A DNA stretch of 64,000 bases from Marsupella aquatica. Its lineage: Eukaryota > Plantae > Marchantiophyta. The position numbers and the translations under genes were made by a program. The DNA is taken from assembly GCA_973895155.1 (NCBI GenBank), contig OZ316894.1, positions 19,782,351 through 19,846,350 of the forward strand, written 5' to 3'. Positions 12,976 through 25,670 of this stretch are shown one piece after another. The notes beneath the pieces are model-generated. The model saw only the letters and a list, made by a program, of their open reading frames with translations. It was not told the DNA's origin and made no database searches. The stretch's first letter is position 1. Each line of letters opens with the position of its first letter.

Positions 12976-15900
12976 AACGTAGGAGAAAGGACGACTGCAG
13001 GACAACGGGAACCTGCGAATTTGAAGTCTCAAAGCTCGAAACCAATTTGATCAGTCGGGAGTGAAGCGAATTCAGCAGCGATCAGAAGTGGCGAGGTTGA
13101 AGGAATCAAATAATGAAGCTAAAGCAGAGTCACAAATCAAAGAAGATTGTGAGAAGGGACATCAGTGTTTCGATGGCAGCTGGATACTCGCAGCAGCTAA
13201 ACGCTGCAGCAATTGAACAAAGATCGGTGGGATAGACTGCAGCGCTAGCTCTGAGTAATTTGAGTCTATCCCACCGATTTAAAGCTGAAGCATGCGTCTA
13301 CAAAAGGCATCTACAAAAGTTGGTTGCAGCCTGAAATTGACGGAGAAATAATTCTGAAAGAGAATCAAGAGCTGCTGAGGGATTTGATTTGACACGTAGC
13401 TGGAGACAGGAGGATTACGGATGCAATAGAGGCGAGTTGGGAGTGCTGCAGCGAATCAAATCAAAGGTCACTAAACAGAAATTTAGGAAGGGCAGAGTGA
13501 AATGGAGATCTGCTGAAGGAAGAATTGCAACCAAAATTGGCAGAAAACTTGAATTTCAGGGCCGCAGGGCGCTGCAGATCGCAATCAGTGATGGTGCAGT
13601 TGGACAGATCAATCTCATGTCCTCTGATGGAGCACTTGGAATCATCGGTCACGATGTGCATGAACTGTCGGTTTTCATATGAGTTAATTCACCTTGTCGA
13701 TGATTGTGCATCATCCTATTCTTCCCTATGAATCTTTACAATCACATTTGAGACCATCAGCGGTTCCGGCCTGTTCAAGTTAAGAATCTATGCAACAGAA
13801 TCTAGTCGAAAATTCACGAATGAAGGCTAATGGTGACACTCATGTGTCCATCCGTCCGATCATTGTGTTGGGTCACGAGCAGTGCTGCATTAAACACCAC
13901 TGGTGTGGGCCCCATGGCCTAGCTCAGGCTCAAGCCCATTGGACATGGGGGCTGAAAGGTCTCATTTGTCCCATGCTAAGGCGTGTTCCTGCCAGTTGCC
14001 TACCAACTGTTTTTTTGAGTGTACGCAACCAACTTTTGTAGGTGGCTTTTTAGACTGCGCCTGAGGCTGGTCTAAACTGGGTTCCCATCCCGAAAAACAG
14101 GGCAACGCAAACAACGGTGGGCAATCACACAACCTATTTTGACATAGTGGAGGCAGCCCTAGACTAGGCTTTGATATAAAATGCACGGCACACACTGGCG
14201 TGCATCCAAAGGTAAGCATTCACACTCAACCTTTTTACACCGCTGAGCTTAATTTTGCTCGGCTTAGCTCTACCGTAGCCTTGCACAAAATTGGTTCCCT
14301 ATCGTCATTGTCTCTCTGTGTTCTTAGGACGTGAAGAGTTCCATTCCAATTGCCAATGCTCCTGAAAGATGCGACGCAGTGTTCACAGGATGCACTCTTC
14401 CCGAAAGTCGGCTACAGGAGATTTCACGTCATTTTCCTGCTGGATTTGTTTGAGGATCTTCCTGCGTGGCTAAAACAAATTAAAAGAGTCAGCACAACTG
14501 GATCGGCGTCTTAATGGAATTTTGTTGGAAATTCGAGGGAAAACAAGCAGATTGAATGATGATAAAGTAAGGTTCAGTTATAGTTAGTAGCTAGATGAAT
14601 CACTTACAGTAAAACCTCAGAAAGGTTATCTGCCTCGATCACTTGGGCCTAGCTCCCGAGATCATCCGATTCGGAAAAATTACACTAGTGGAAACTTATA
14701 TGTGTCTACTTCAATTGTCGGAGAGGAGCTTAATCCCGCACAATCGAGGAGCACCTTGTCAGATTCTCCTGCTGGGGAAATGTCGAGGTTAAACTCAACT
14801 TGTTCGATAAAAAATGTAGGTCAACTCTGTCCTCGTCTAATCCCGACTCTTGAGTTTTGATCTGTCGTCAAGCTTGAGCAGAATAAATCGAAGATTGCAT
14901 GCCACCTCTTCGATCTGCTTGCAAGTGTGCCCGCAAGTGTGTTGAAACGGATTCTGGATTCTTTATTATCCTGATTAGTTTGATAATCATTTTAGATTCG
15001 CCGGGGCGGCACTTTCGACTCACTTTGGACCCCCCGACTTTGGACACACTTCAAAGCGAGGAGAGTACGTTGCAGTGACCTCTGATTTTAGAGCAGTCCA
15101 GACTCGAGATATACTGTACCTTGTTCGATACTCGATTCCTCCGCATTTGATTCCTCCGTTTTTTATTCCTCCGGCTGACGAACTTTGAGGTCAAGCTTAT
15201 TCACTGTTTATCCTAATCTATAGCTATGCCAAATTTGATCGCACTGTTGCTAGATTTCCGAGACGCACAGAAGGTATGCACACATATCGGCAGACAGATA
15301 TTCCGGAGACAATATACAGCATTGAACATCTGTCGGTTAATAAGTCCTGCCTAAAAGTAGATCCAACCGTAACTAATATAACCTCATTCAAGGGAAAATA
15401 ATTCATCCTGGCCATTCAATTGAAACACTGAAAGAGCAATATGGCTGAATCAAGTAAAAAGTCGCATCATACTTTAAGAATAATCTTGTCGGAGTGCAAA
15501 AGCTGACTCATACCTAGACTCAAAAGCATATATACTCATACCCTTCAATTGTGAAGGGTCTCAATTGACTGCGGTAGTTGTCTGAATCTGAGAGTGCAAA
15601 AGTTGGCTCAGATTCAGACCACTCTTTCCTGTCTAGATTAATTGCGGGACTGCAGAGCTGAGTCGATAGCTGAGTCTGAATCAGAGTGCATGAGCTGGCT
15701 CAGATCCAACCACTTCTTCGGGTTTACGGTGTATTGAGTGCTAGCTCGACTCCGTCCAATCACCTATGTAATAACGAGGGCTTGGAGGTGAAATAATTAC
15801 TCTTGAATGTCTTTCACCTCTCGAGTCTTTCAAACTTGTGTCTCGATTAACAACAATGACGTTACTGCGATCCATACGTGGATGGAAGATGCAAAGTTTC

Positions 15901-16109
15901 GCACTTTGCGGAGACGGATGCATCATCGATCTCCAAGTGAAGCAGCCAAGTTCGTTTGATTCGAGCTGACGGCCGGAATGAACGACATTTGGAATTGTCT
16001 GCTCGCGTCGACCGAGGCTAGAAGCACTGGATTGAATTTCTCATTAGCCAAGTTCAAAACAATTAGGCATTCTGTGTCCTCTGTTTTGTGATGTTGTACT
16101 GCTGTCTCA

Positions 16110-16535
16110 TGCATGCTCAGCCTTCAATATATCCGGATCCGGAATCTTGGGTTTCAATTTCAGCTCTGCTATACAGGAGAGCGTTCGATTTACTCTAATT
16201 GTCTGCTTAGACTGGCCCACCTGATTGGCATGATGATCGATCCTTGCTCGATTCTGTGGCCCAGGTTCTCATGCTTGCTCAGCCTAGCTTCCGGATCCGG
16301 AATCTTGGGCTTCAGTTTCAGCTCTGCTTTGTTGGAGAGCCTTCGACTTACTCTAACTCCATGCAAGAAGGCTCAGCGTAGACTGTGGCCCATCTGAAGC
16401 GCATGAGCTCCATTGATCGATCCTTGCTCGATTCTGTGGCCCACTATCCAATCGCACCCCCTCCGTGCGGCCCATCTGAAGGGCATGATCGAGCTCCATT
16501 GATCGATCCTTGCTCGATTCTGTGGCCCACTATCG
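16110..16535. repeat. Degenerate tandem duplications
   Basis: TCCGGATCCGGAATCTTGGG...CAGCTCTGCT occurs twice; GATCGATCCTTGCTCGATTCTGTGGCCC occurs three times. Confidence 0.8.
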
Positions 16536-18103
16536 AATCGCACCCCCTCCGTACGATCCTGTCGAATGTTTCAGATGGCTTTCTGCCTTACTTTACGGGT
16601 GATCGATTCCGATCGAGCCTTTTTCTGGTCTCCTCTGGGCCCTCCGTTTTCATGGGGACCTTTTCACCATGGACCAATACGAGGACGAACACTGAGAATT
16701 ATGGACCGTGAATTGTCGGTGAAGTGTCGCGCTTGGCCCCACCAAAAAACGCATTTTTTTTTCTTTTCACATTGGTAGCTGTAGCTTTGATCACGGGCAG
16801 TCTAAAACAGCGATTATGATCATCGGATGACAATGCTGCGGCACGCATATATTCGACGACATGTCGAGGATCATGTCAACTTTTGGCTCCGGGACGTAGC
16901 CTACAGATTCGTTTCTCAGGTGATCTATCCAAGAGTGAACACGCAGTGACGTCAACTGGAGATTGCAAACCGGCCATTTCAGCAGGACACCGAGAACAAT
17001 TGATGCACGACGTACCCATCACGTGCATCGCCGGTTAGCAATAACTCAGCGATGCGAATTAAGTGTGCCCGCTACGGCAGTCGTCAAATTCACCACAATC
17101 AACGTTTGAATTACCCGTCAGAAAATTAAATAAATTAGAATTTAGAGATCCGAAGGCGAGCTACTGAGGTCGGAACGGCTTGATCGATGTACGTAGCTGG
17201 CCCGGTTGAAGTCTCTGATCAAACTAAGAATCAAAGGTTGGCTGGCCATCGACATTATTATCTAAAAGACTTCAACAGTTGATCAGGGTAATTAACTCCA
17301 AAAAGTTTTAGCTCGGTGATCGAATAGGAGCAACAGTTCTCGTCCATATGCACTGGACTATTGTAGGCATTGGGCTACGGTAGGCAAAGAGTAAATCATC
17401 CCTCAAATTAAATGGTGCTTCGGCGCCCTGGCTCATCTGCAACGTCAATACTAGAATGAATTTGAATTGGCGGGACTGGGCATTCGATCGAGTTACAGTA
17501 AATCACTGAAGTGGTCATGTTGTACTCAGGTTTCTGAATTTCTAACTTGGACACTGACTTTGATTCGAGTCGTTGAAGAACCAGGTAAGTACAGTGGTCC
17601 AAAGATTGTCCGTAGATCTTGGCTTTATCAATGAATATTTCCTACAACAATTGAAGTAATAATTATGTGGCTAGTCCGCGTCAACGTGAAATTGTACGTT
17701 CAAGCGTTTCGTCCTGCAAATTGCAAATTGTGTCTGCCTCGTCCGCTGAAAAGTCACATTGATCGCGATATCGTGTACTCCATGCTTTGGCCTTGTCAGG
17801 ACTAAAGTATCAAGTGGCTTGGTATACCTCAGTCCCCCAACAACCGAGAATCAACCTATTTGAGACAAGGTTAAATTGTAAATCACATTGAAATAGAAGA
17901 TATGTATTGATTCGAAAGAATTTTGACATATTGAGTTAAAAGAGTCAGTTGTTTCTTTTCTTCTGTCAATCATCATGGTGGCCTGGCTATTTTAAAGAAA
18001 AAGAGTATTTTCTGCATCACAATGTTACTTTCAAGAAAAGGCATCTAAAGTAACGAGAAGTCTTACTATGACGCCAACGCGTTCACTTGGCATCCATAAC
18101 AAA

Positions 18104-20375
18104 TCAGCATGAACGTCCAAGTGGCATAAAATTAAGGCCGGCATCTTCGGGTCGTCTCAGCCCGCAATTGATCAGAAATGCGAGATGCATTTCTGCATGG
18201 GGCCTGGGTAAAGCTGCCTCTAATTTCTCCAATAAAGCAGCTTCCCTGGCGTGACCCTCTTCCTTCTCTCTCCTCAATCTGTCGGCCTCTGCGGCTCTCT
18301 GTGCCTCTCTGGTTACCGCATTAGCTTGGACTTCAAACACCCTTTGCAACTGTGCCGACTTTGCGTTTATCTCTGATTGCAATTTCGCCTTCTCCATACC
18401 TGCCAGCACGAACGCCACTAGTTACGTGGGTGTCACTCAACACGGCCCCGATACTTAATCCCAGTCACAAGCTCCCACCGATAAATATGAGTAATGTCAG
18501 TCCAGTACGGACTTCAGCTGCAGTCGAGGCTATTGAACGAACTGCTGTTTTACATAAAGAAATTAAATAAATTCTCGAAAAATGGAAGACTATTGGGTCA
18601 CTGGACGTCTTTGCCTCCCGAACGTCCTAAACTAAATTGACGATTTAAGTGTCTGCATTTTCCCTAGCTGTATCGGCTCAGTGTGGACATACGATGCGAT
18701 TCCTATTTGAACGGTCCATTTAACCACTGGCTGCATCGGTTTACAGGATAAACATTTGAAAAGCAAAAAACGAGACTGACAATTATAAATGTAGAGAACG
18801 GCAAAGAAATGACAGGATCAGACCGCCCGGCCAGAAATAACCTGATGTGTGTTGAACAGTTTCAAGTCTTTGGACAGCATTTTCTAATCTTGATCTCAGC
18901 CTCTCGAACTCATGGTTTGCTGTGACACAAGTTCTTTCCCGTTCCGCGACTAGTGCAGCTTTCTCGGACTGCAATTGAGTGATTTCCATTTTTGTGCGTG
19001 ACTCTGTTTCCTCTTTCTCTGTGGCCATTTCTTCCTTCTCTAAAATGATGTTCTTCAAACTGCGTGCCGTACTCTCTAGGCTCGATTTCAACCGTCGGAT
19101 CTCTGCACCTGCTATTTCTTTAGCAGTGTGCATCTCGCTACGCAGCTTTTCGTTAAGACACTCTATCTTCTCGAGCTCCAGCCCAGCGGCTTTATCAGCC
19201 TTTGCTACTACTTCTTCTTTCTCTCGAAGTAGCTCTTCAGTACTCAAACGAATTTGCTTTACCTCTTCATTCGCGGCTTCCAGACGACAAAGCATATCTT
19301 GGGTGGCCAAACTTGTCTTTGACTCCGCCTCCTCTTTTCCTTTCATCAATGCATCTTTCTCAGAACTCAGTTGGGTGAACTTTCTCTCCGTCGCAGCCAA
19401 GGAGGACTGCAAATTCAGGATCTGCAATTCTTTCTTTTCCTTGCTATACCGGGTTTCCTGGATTACTTGTGCCGCCGCAGCCAGGGACGACTGCAAATTC
19501 AGGATCTGCATTTCTTTCTTTTCCTCGCTATCTCGGGTTTCCTGGAGCGCCTGTGCGTTCTCAAAGCGTAACTTGTCGATTTCTGAGTATTTTCCAGCCG
19601 TGTCTAATTCTACCTGTTCTTTAAACACTAGAGCTTTTGACATGACGAAAGCGGCAAGGATGTTAACAGCATCTCTGATCACGCGTTGTCTTCGAAATTC
19701 GTCGAGCTTTAAAGATGCCGCTGCTTCCTTCTTCACTAGATTGGCGTTCTCCAACTGCAAATTCGCAATGTCTCCAGCGGCAGCTTCATTGGAGATTCGC
19801 AGGTGCGATAACTCCAATGTTGCAGCTTCGTGAAAGGTCCGCAGCCGAGCTAATTCCGAGGCTACGGCTTCATTTAAAGTCCGCTGCTGAGCTAGCTCAG
19901 TTGTAATTGCTGAAACTCCGCAATTTTCCTGGTTCCTCTCTTTCTCGTAGGCTACTAAAATCGAGCGCGTAAGACTTGCTAAGTGCAGGATCATCGATCT
20001 GACCGATCCATCAGTGGGATATTCGCTTGCTAGCCGTTTTCCCTTCTCCAATGGTCCGCGTTTGAGAAAATCATCGTCCTTCTGAGTCAGAGGAAAGTTG
20101 CCTTGCTGTCGGGCTTGCTGTGGCCGTTTGGAAGGCAGGTATGCATCGTTATCTGGATTGGACCTTTTCTTTTGTGACTCCTGCGTCAATTGTCCAATCA
20201 GATCCAGATTGTCTGAACGCCGTGGTGACGTTTCACTGAGGGAAGTAGAGCCCCTTGATTTTTTGCGGAGGTCGTCCGTAAGCACCTTCGAGTAGCGTGA
20301 GTTCCGCTTTCTCGGTGTAGATCGCGTCAAGCAAGCACTCGGTGTACATGTACTAGAGTCGACCGATGGTGGCAT
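18104..20375 (-). CDS. Uncharacterised long coiled-coil protein (~609 aa, at least 2 exons), possibly TE-associated
   Basis: 530-codon ORF with a basic, Ser-rich N-terminus and an E/K/A/L heptad-rich body. A phase-1 intron (TCAG|GTTATT at 18841; CAG|GTATGG at 18399) joins it in frame to 18399-18104. Internal 28-aa repeat QETR.S.EKKE.QILNLQSSLAA. Further 5' exons are possible. Confidence 0.6.
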
Positions 20376-21551
20376 CTTGATGTACTGAAGACCTCTCGCA
20401 GACTTCTCGCAGCTTCGATTAATGTATATCGACCCGGCAGTGACGAAGAATCAATCTCTGCATGAAGACAATGAACCTTCTTAACATCATGCACAAATTT
20501 CGTACTTCGTTGCATCTGTTGCATTGAGCTCCCTAGCACTCGGACTACCGTTTTTAACTGAAGAATAAAGAAATTTTATCCGTATACTGTGGTAATTACA
20601 TCGCTCACGAAAACTTTGCACATCCCTGAAAGACTCGTCTGTGATAGTTTTGGATTATGCGGACTTCATACACTGATAGACCTGCTGGATATACGCCATA
20701 ATTAGCTACGTAGACTGTCATACGAAAATCAAATGACCACTAATTCCTATGTTGTGATACTTTCATGAGTTACACTCGATTGATTACCCTTGCAATTTTC
20801 GTAGCGGTCGACAGCGGCTATTAATCATCGACCTGGTCATCGACAAGTCCAGATTCGAAACACAAATATTTTGGCTAGTACGTAAATGCAGGTCAATTCT
20901 GGAAATTGTTAGTAAATTAAAACCTCCAAAGAGATACATAAAATTCAAGAAGGACGTAGTAGCTACATTGATGTGTAAACAACATTAATTTGATCAGTTG
21001 AAGTAGTAGAAGGAAGAATTAAAATACCTACGCTTGGAATTTCCAGCATTCAACAGCAATGCAGATCTCCGCAGTCGGTGATATCCCTGGCATGGACTTA
21101 CTCGTACGTACTCGTCTCGAACCCTGACTCGCCGATCTGGAGTAAGCCTACATCACCGCATTGCAGCTCGAACTACTGCAGGTAGGTCGGCTCGCAGGCA
21201 TCCACAGAGACAATGCCGAAGAATGCACTGCTTCTGGCGACGAGCGACATTCATCCCGTGCATTTAGATCTTAGGTGCACGCACTCTCCGGACGCAACTG
21301 AGACAGATCTGAGCGCCAATTTTGTTGCAGCTCTACTTGTCGAGACGGATTGATTTCTCTGCCTTTCAATTTCAGCAGCTCACTATCGATCGGCGACGTT
21401 CGATACCAGTTTCTAAACCCCGCTCGCGCCATAATGTGGCGATCGATGCACATCTCCAATCTGAAACGCAATCGCGACCGTGGACGTATGTTCGAATGGC
21501 GGAGGCGATGATGGAGCCAGCCTTGGATCGATCCACAAAAGAGGCGCCAGC

Positions 21552-21690
21552 ACGTACATATGTATGCCTTACATATATAGGTATAAATGTACGTACAATG
21601 TATGCATCACATTATACGTATTAATGTACGTATATATATCCATGTATATATGTATTATTGTACGTACATATATGCATGTACGCACATACC
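21552..21690. repeat. Low-complexity TACGTA/TATA/CATG-rich alternating purine-pyrimidine tract
   Basis: acgtacatatgtatg...tacgtacatatatgcatgtacgcacatac read directly. Confidence 0.7.
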
Positions 21691-23557
21691 TGCAAGTGTG
21701 CAAAGTTGCAACTCGCCGGTGTCGCAGTCATAGCTGTGTCATGTTTTAGTGTTTTAGTTGTTAATTTGGTCTTTCCGGAGTCTTTCTCCCCTTTATTTGA
21801 CCCTTAGGTGTTTCATGTTTTGGTTTTTTAAATTGTTGGTTTGGCCTTTTGGGGGTCTCTACTTGTTCGTCTTCTTCCCCTTAGGGCATAACTGAAGGTG
21901 GGATACAAACAAAAAGCAGGGATGAGGCATAGATGAATCAGAAATAAAGGGAAACCCTTTTTTCTGGAAGGTTTTTTTCCTCTCTCCTCAACTCATCTTA
22001 TTTATGTTCGATGGACAGGTAATCAGGCTAGTATCTCCAAAAGAACTCTAAATCTGAAACCTGAACACTAGGCAACTTTTTTAACTTCTTAGTTTGTACA
22101 GGTAAAGGTCAGTTGAAAAGCAAAAGATTGGTAGAGCTCCAGGTAAAGCACACATTTGAAACCTACAACATTAAATTAGAGAAAATATGTGTGATTGCTC
22201 AAAAATGTAAACTGATTGTAAGCTAAAGGCAAGGACATTTCTTCCCTTCCCACTATTTCCACCATCCATTTCATGTTAGCACATAGTTGCTTCAAACATG
22301 GCAAGAACATGACAAAACAAATTCAGTCAGACACAAAAACAATGGGAGGTTAGTATACAGTTTGGCTAGTATAATTTGGTGAGATCTGTACCCAAACAAA
22401 AGAGTGGTTTTCTCACCATGAGCTTGAGACCATGTGCTAACTTGTATCTTTCTGAGCACTATAATGTGCATTTGATGGTTGATGGTTTGCATCAAACAGG
22501 TTGTGCCCCAAAACCTAAAATTGCAACTAAAGTTTTATGCCCCAATAAGTAGACCCCTGCTACAATATTGGTTGTAGTGTTTTAAATATGGGTATTGGTG
22601 TTTTATAATATGGAATAGTTGTCTAGCATAAATGAGGTGACAGGCGTGCATTGCACATTGTTGTCAATAGGAAGAGATATTGAGGATGCACATTGTTGTG
22701 AATAGTGAGAGATATTAAGGGGAAGTGTTGGCAAGCATGAGCCATATGACCAGGCAGTTAGACATAGGAGGGAGTTGGCAAGTCAACCTGGCAACTACAT
22801 TTCAAGGAGTGTGCAGTTGGGCATAGGAAAATGCACAATGACATCTTGAGATCCTTAGGAATTAATGTCACTATAATCAAATGATCAAAACAAATATCCG
22901 CCAAAAATGACATTTTCTAAGCAAACCATGAGAAAGAAAGACCAAATGAGATTGCCTGCCAAATGACATGTGCTAAACAAACCATGAGAAAAAAAGACCA
23001 AATGAGATTGCCCGTTATAGTATCTACACTAGAAGGTTAAATAGATGGGGGTGCCCTGAATATTGATACAGTACTCTCCTTAACTCATCAAATTGCATAG
23101 TATAGTGTTCAGATAAATACTTAGCACAATCGAATTGCATATTCATTTGTTGTGCTGAGATTTAGATAGATAACACAATCCTTGCCCAGAAAACTGACAC
23201 ATCTTGGACTCTGTTTTACTCATCAAATGGGACCGCTGGCCCCTGTAGCTACCTCAACTTGGCCAAAGGAGGCGAGGGGTATGGTGACAGTGGACAAGAC
23301 ACAAACTGTCACGCGAAGTTCCACGTGGGAAGTGGGATGTTTGCATCGTCAATTGCAGGAATTGGTAAAGAAAAAATTTCCACATTGAATTTCCTTGGGT
23401 ATGGAGTTGTGCTATTCCCCACTTATTGGACCCATTATGCTGTGGTTGGTGGATAGAACAGGTGCAATGTACTCTCCTTTAATTTAGTGCCACTTTCTCG
23501 ATCACTCAAGTCAGAGCTCGCCTTTTCAGATTGAGGTTTTCCAAATTCCAACCACAA

Positions 23558-23627
23558 GGATTGGCTAGAAATGAACCTAGGACCCCCACTTATACATTTT
23601 AGTGCTCTGCCACTGAGCTACAGACCC
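23558..23627 (-). pseudogene. tRNA-derived sequence (SINE head or tRNA pseudogene)
   Basis: Minus strand reads GGGTCTGTAGCTCAGTGGCAGAGCAC...GGTCCTAGGTTCATTTCTAGCCAATCC. It has an A-box with D-arm (GCTC/GAGC) and a B-box-like T-arm (CTAGG TTCATTT CTAG), but the acceptor stem pairs poorly. Confidence 0.6.
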
Positions 23628-25670
23628 TTTAGAGTGTGGTCATTTCTAACATGATTTCAGTAACGGTATATTACCAGAATTCCCCTCGAATTTCAGAAAT
23701 TTGACAAAGTCCAAATCAATTTTGTGTAGTGCTAAATCGCCAATGTTCGTACGCCTCCGTTGTCTCTGCCGGGATCAACATGCCTCTAGCTCCCAGAGTT
23801 CGACCCTGCGCCATTGTAGCAGGGCAAGTTCTCTCAATTTCCCTTTCATGTATTCTTTTATCGAAAGTGCAGCACAGTACGGTACTTCTCTGTGATGAAA
23901 ACCGTGGTAATTTTTGAGTGTCTTGATTATGGTGAATTGGTCGTTGAATGTCACGAGTAAGGAAAATCAAAAATTGGAAACATGTTTGGTCTCTGCCAGT
24001 AAGTCCCACATTGAAATTTTGTCGCCCCATCGTGGAAAATGGACTCTAGTGTCCAAGCCAAACGCTGTGAGACAACAGTGAGGGGGATTGGTGGCTACGA
24101 GATTCGTCGCCAGCTTCTCGAGACAGGTCTGAGAGTTTTCTTGAGCTCGATTGCGTCTACCCTGATTCCACTCCACACGATTAATCCAATTCGAATGTCT
24201 GTATCGTGGAAATTTAATTCCAATCCTTCTAAGTTTCCAACTCATCAACAGCGCTGCATGACAGACTTTGAGAAGCAGATACTCCTGTTCGTCGAGAGTA
24301 ATAATATGACAATCAATGTACCCCTTTGACTTGACCAATCCACAGAACCGGGGCTGTGGATCCAACGTTGGCGTTACTTACTACCGACAGAAGACATCGT
24401 GTGAAACTATGGCAATTCTTTGCGGACAGAGGACAGTTTTCTTGTTTGAAGTGGGCCCGGAAGTGGGTTGACCACAAGAGTTCAACCGAGAGTTTAATTA
24501 CTGTCGACAATGGTAGCCTTTGGCTTATATATTCAATCCGTGTACATGACAGTACACACTTCGCGAGCTTCTCTATGGTGTGAAGATGGGAGTGCTTTGA
24601 GTCTGTCTAGTAATTAACTATCTCCTAATTTAGTTGGAGAAGAAGACTGGAATTCAACGGCTCTTGAAAGACGGAATTTGATGGAGTTGCGTCGTACCTT
24701 GGATGCCTCAGGTTTTTCTCTTCTCGGTCGTTAATGAACCTCAAACGACGATTGTCAGTCAGCGAGTAGCAGATAAGTTCAATTTCACCTCTAAGATTTT
24801 CCTGAAAGTAAAATGACAGGCACGGGAGCCTTCAGAGTCGTGCTGAACTGATCGAATTCTGTCGACGACTAATGAAACAGCCTGTCTTCACTAACTCTAA
24901 TAAAATTAGAGCTCGTTACTTTGGCAAGCTGATAAGCGTGCCCGTTGCTTTTTAAATTTTAGGCGTTCGAAGTTAGGCGCTGGTAAGCGAGGCATGTAAG
25001 ATCTGCTCTTTTTCCAACGCCTAAGCTCGCAACTGCAATTCTCAGGCATATCTGTTGCCAGTAGGCCGTGTTTCGAATTTCACCAGGCTGGAGCGTTGTT
25101 GAGCCGGCCAGTAGCACTTTCTGTGCTGGAAATTTTGGCGGTAAAATTAGGGAAACCGATTCTCGAAGTCGTTGTTATAATCGTTTTTGTGATAGCCAGG
25201 CGATCACCAATTATTAATTGCACGAGTCCGTTCGTGGTCTGGCCCGGTGAGCCCTCAGAACGGGACCTTGATGTCAAACAGTGAGGGCTAGTTCTAGTAA
25301 CGTAAACTATACCACTAGGTCGATTCGCAGCGAGGCCGGACTGGACGCGCCTTGGTGCTCCGGGGCTTTAAGTGTAGATCTCTCACTTGCTGAAGCCCAT
25401 TTTACATACCTCCTCTTAGTTTTCTCCTCTCCCTCTCGGATACTTAGAGCCGGAGTTCTCTAATTTCTCAGTCTCTGCTTCATTTGCTTACTCACACAAT
25501 TTCATATCCGGCAGCTAGAACGCACTAGAGCAGCTCAATAGTTAGATTGATGATCGCTGATTAAGTGATCGAAAGGCACACTTGGCGCGAAGTGTGATTC
25601 ATAGAACAGTTCAAATTGTTCTTTGACTACTGGAGTTAGTATTAGAAACCACGCGGACACAATCGGCAAG

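Noticed and set aside
18979-19833. 284-aa Ser/Phe-rich ORF on the + strand
   Set aside because: Antisense shadow of the coiled-coil ORF.
23680-24650. Possible retroelement coding fragment
   Set aside because: No convincing motif in any frame.
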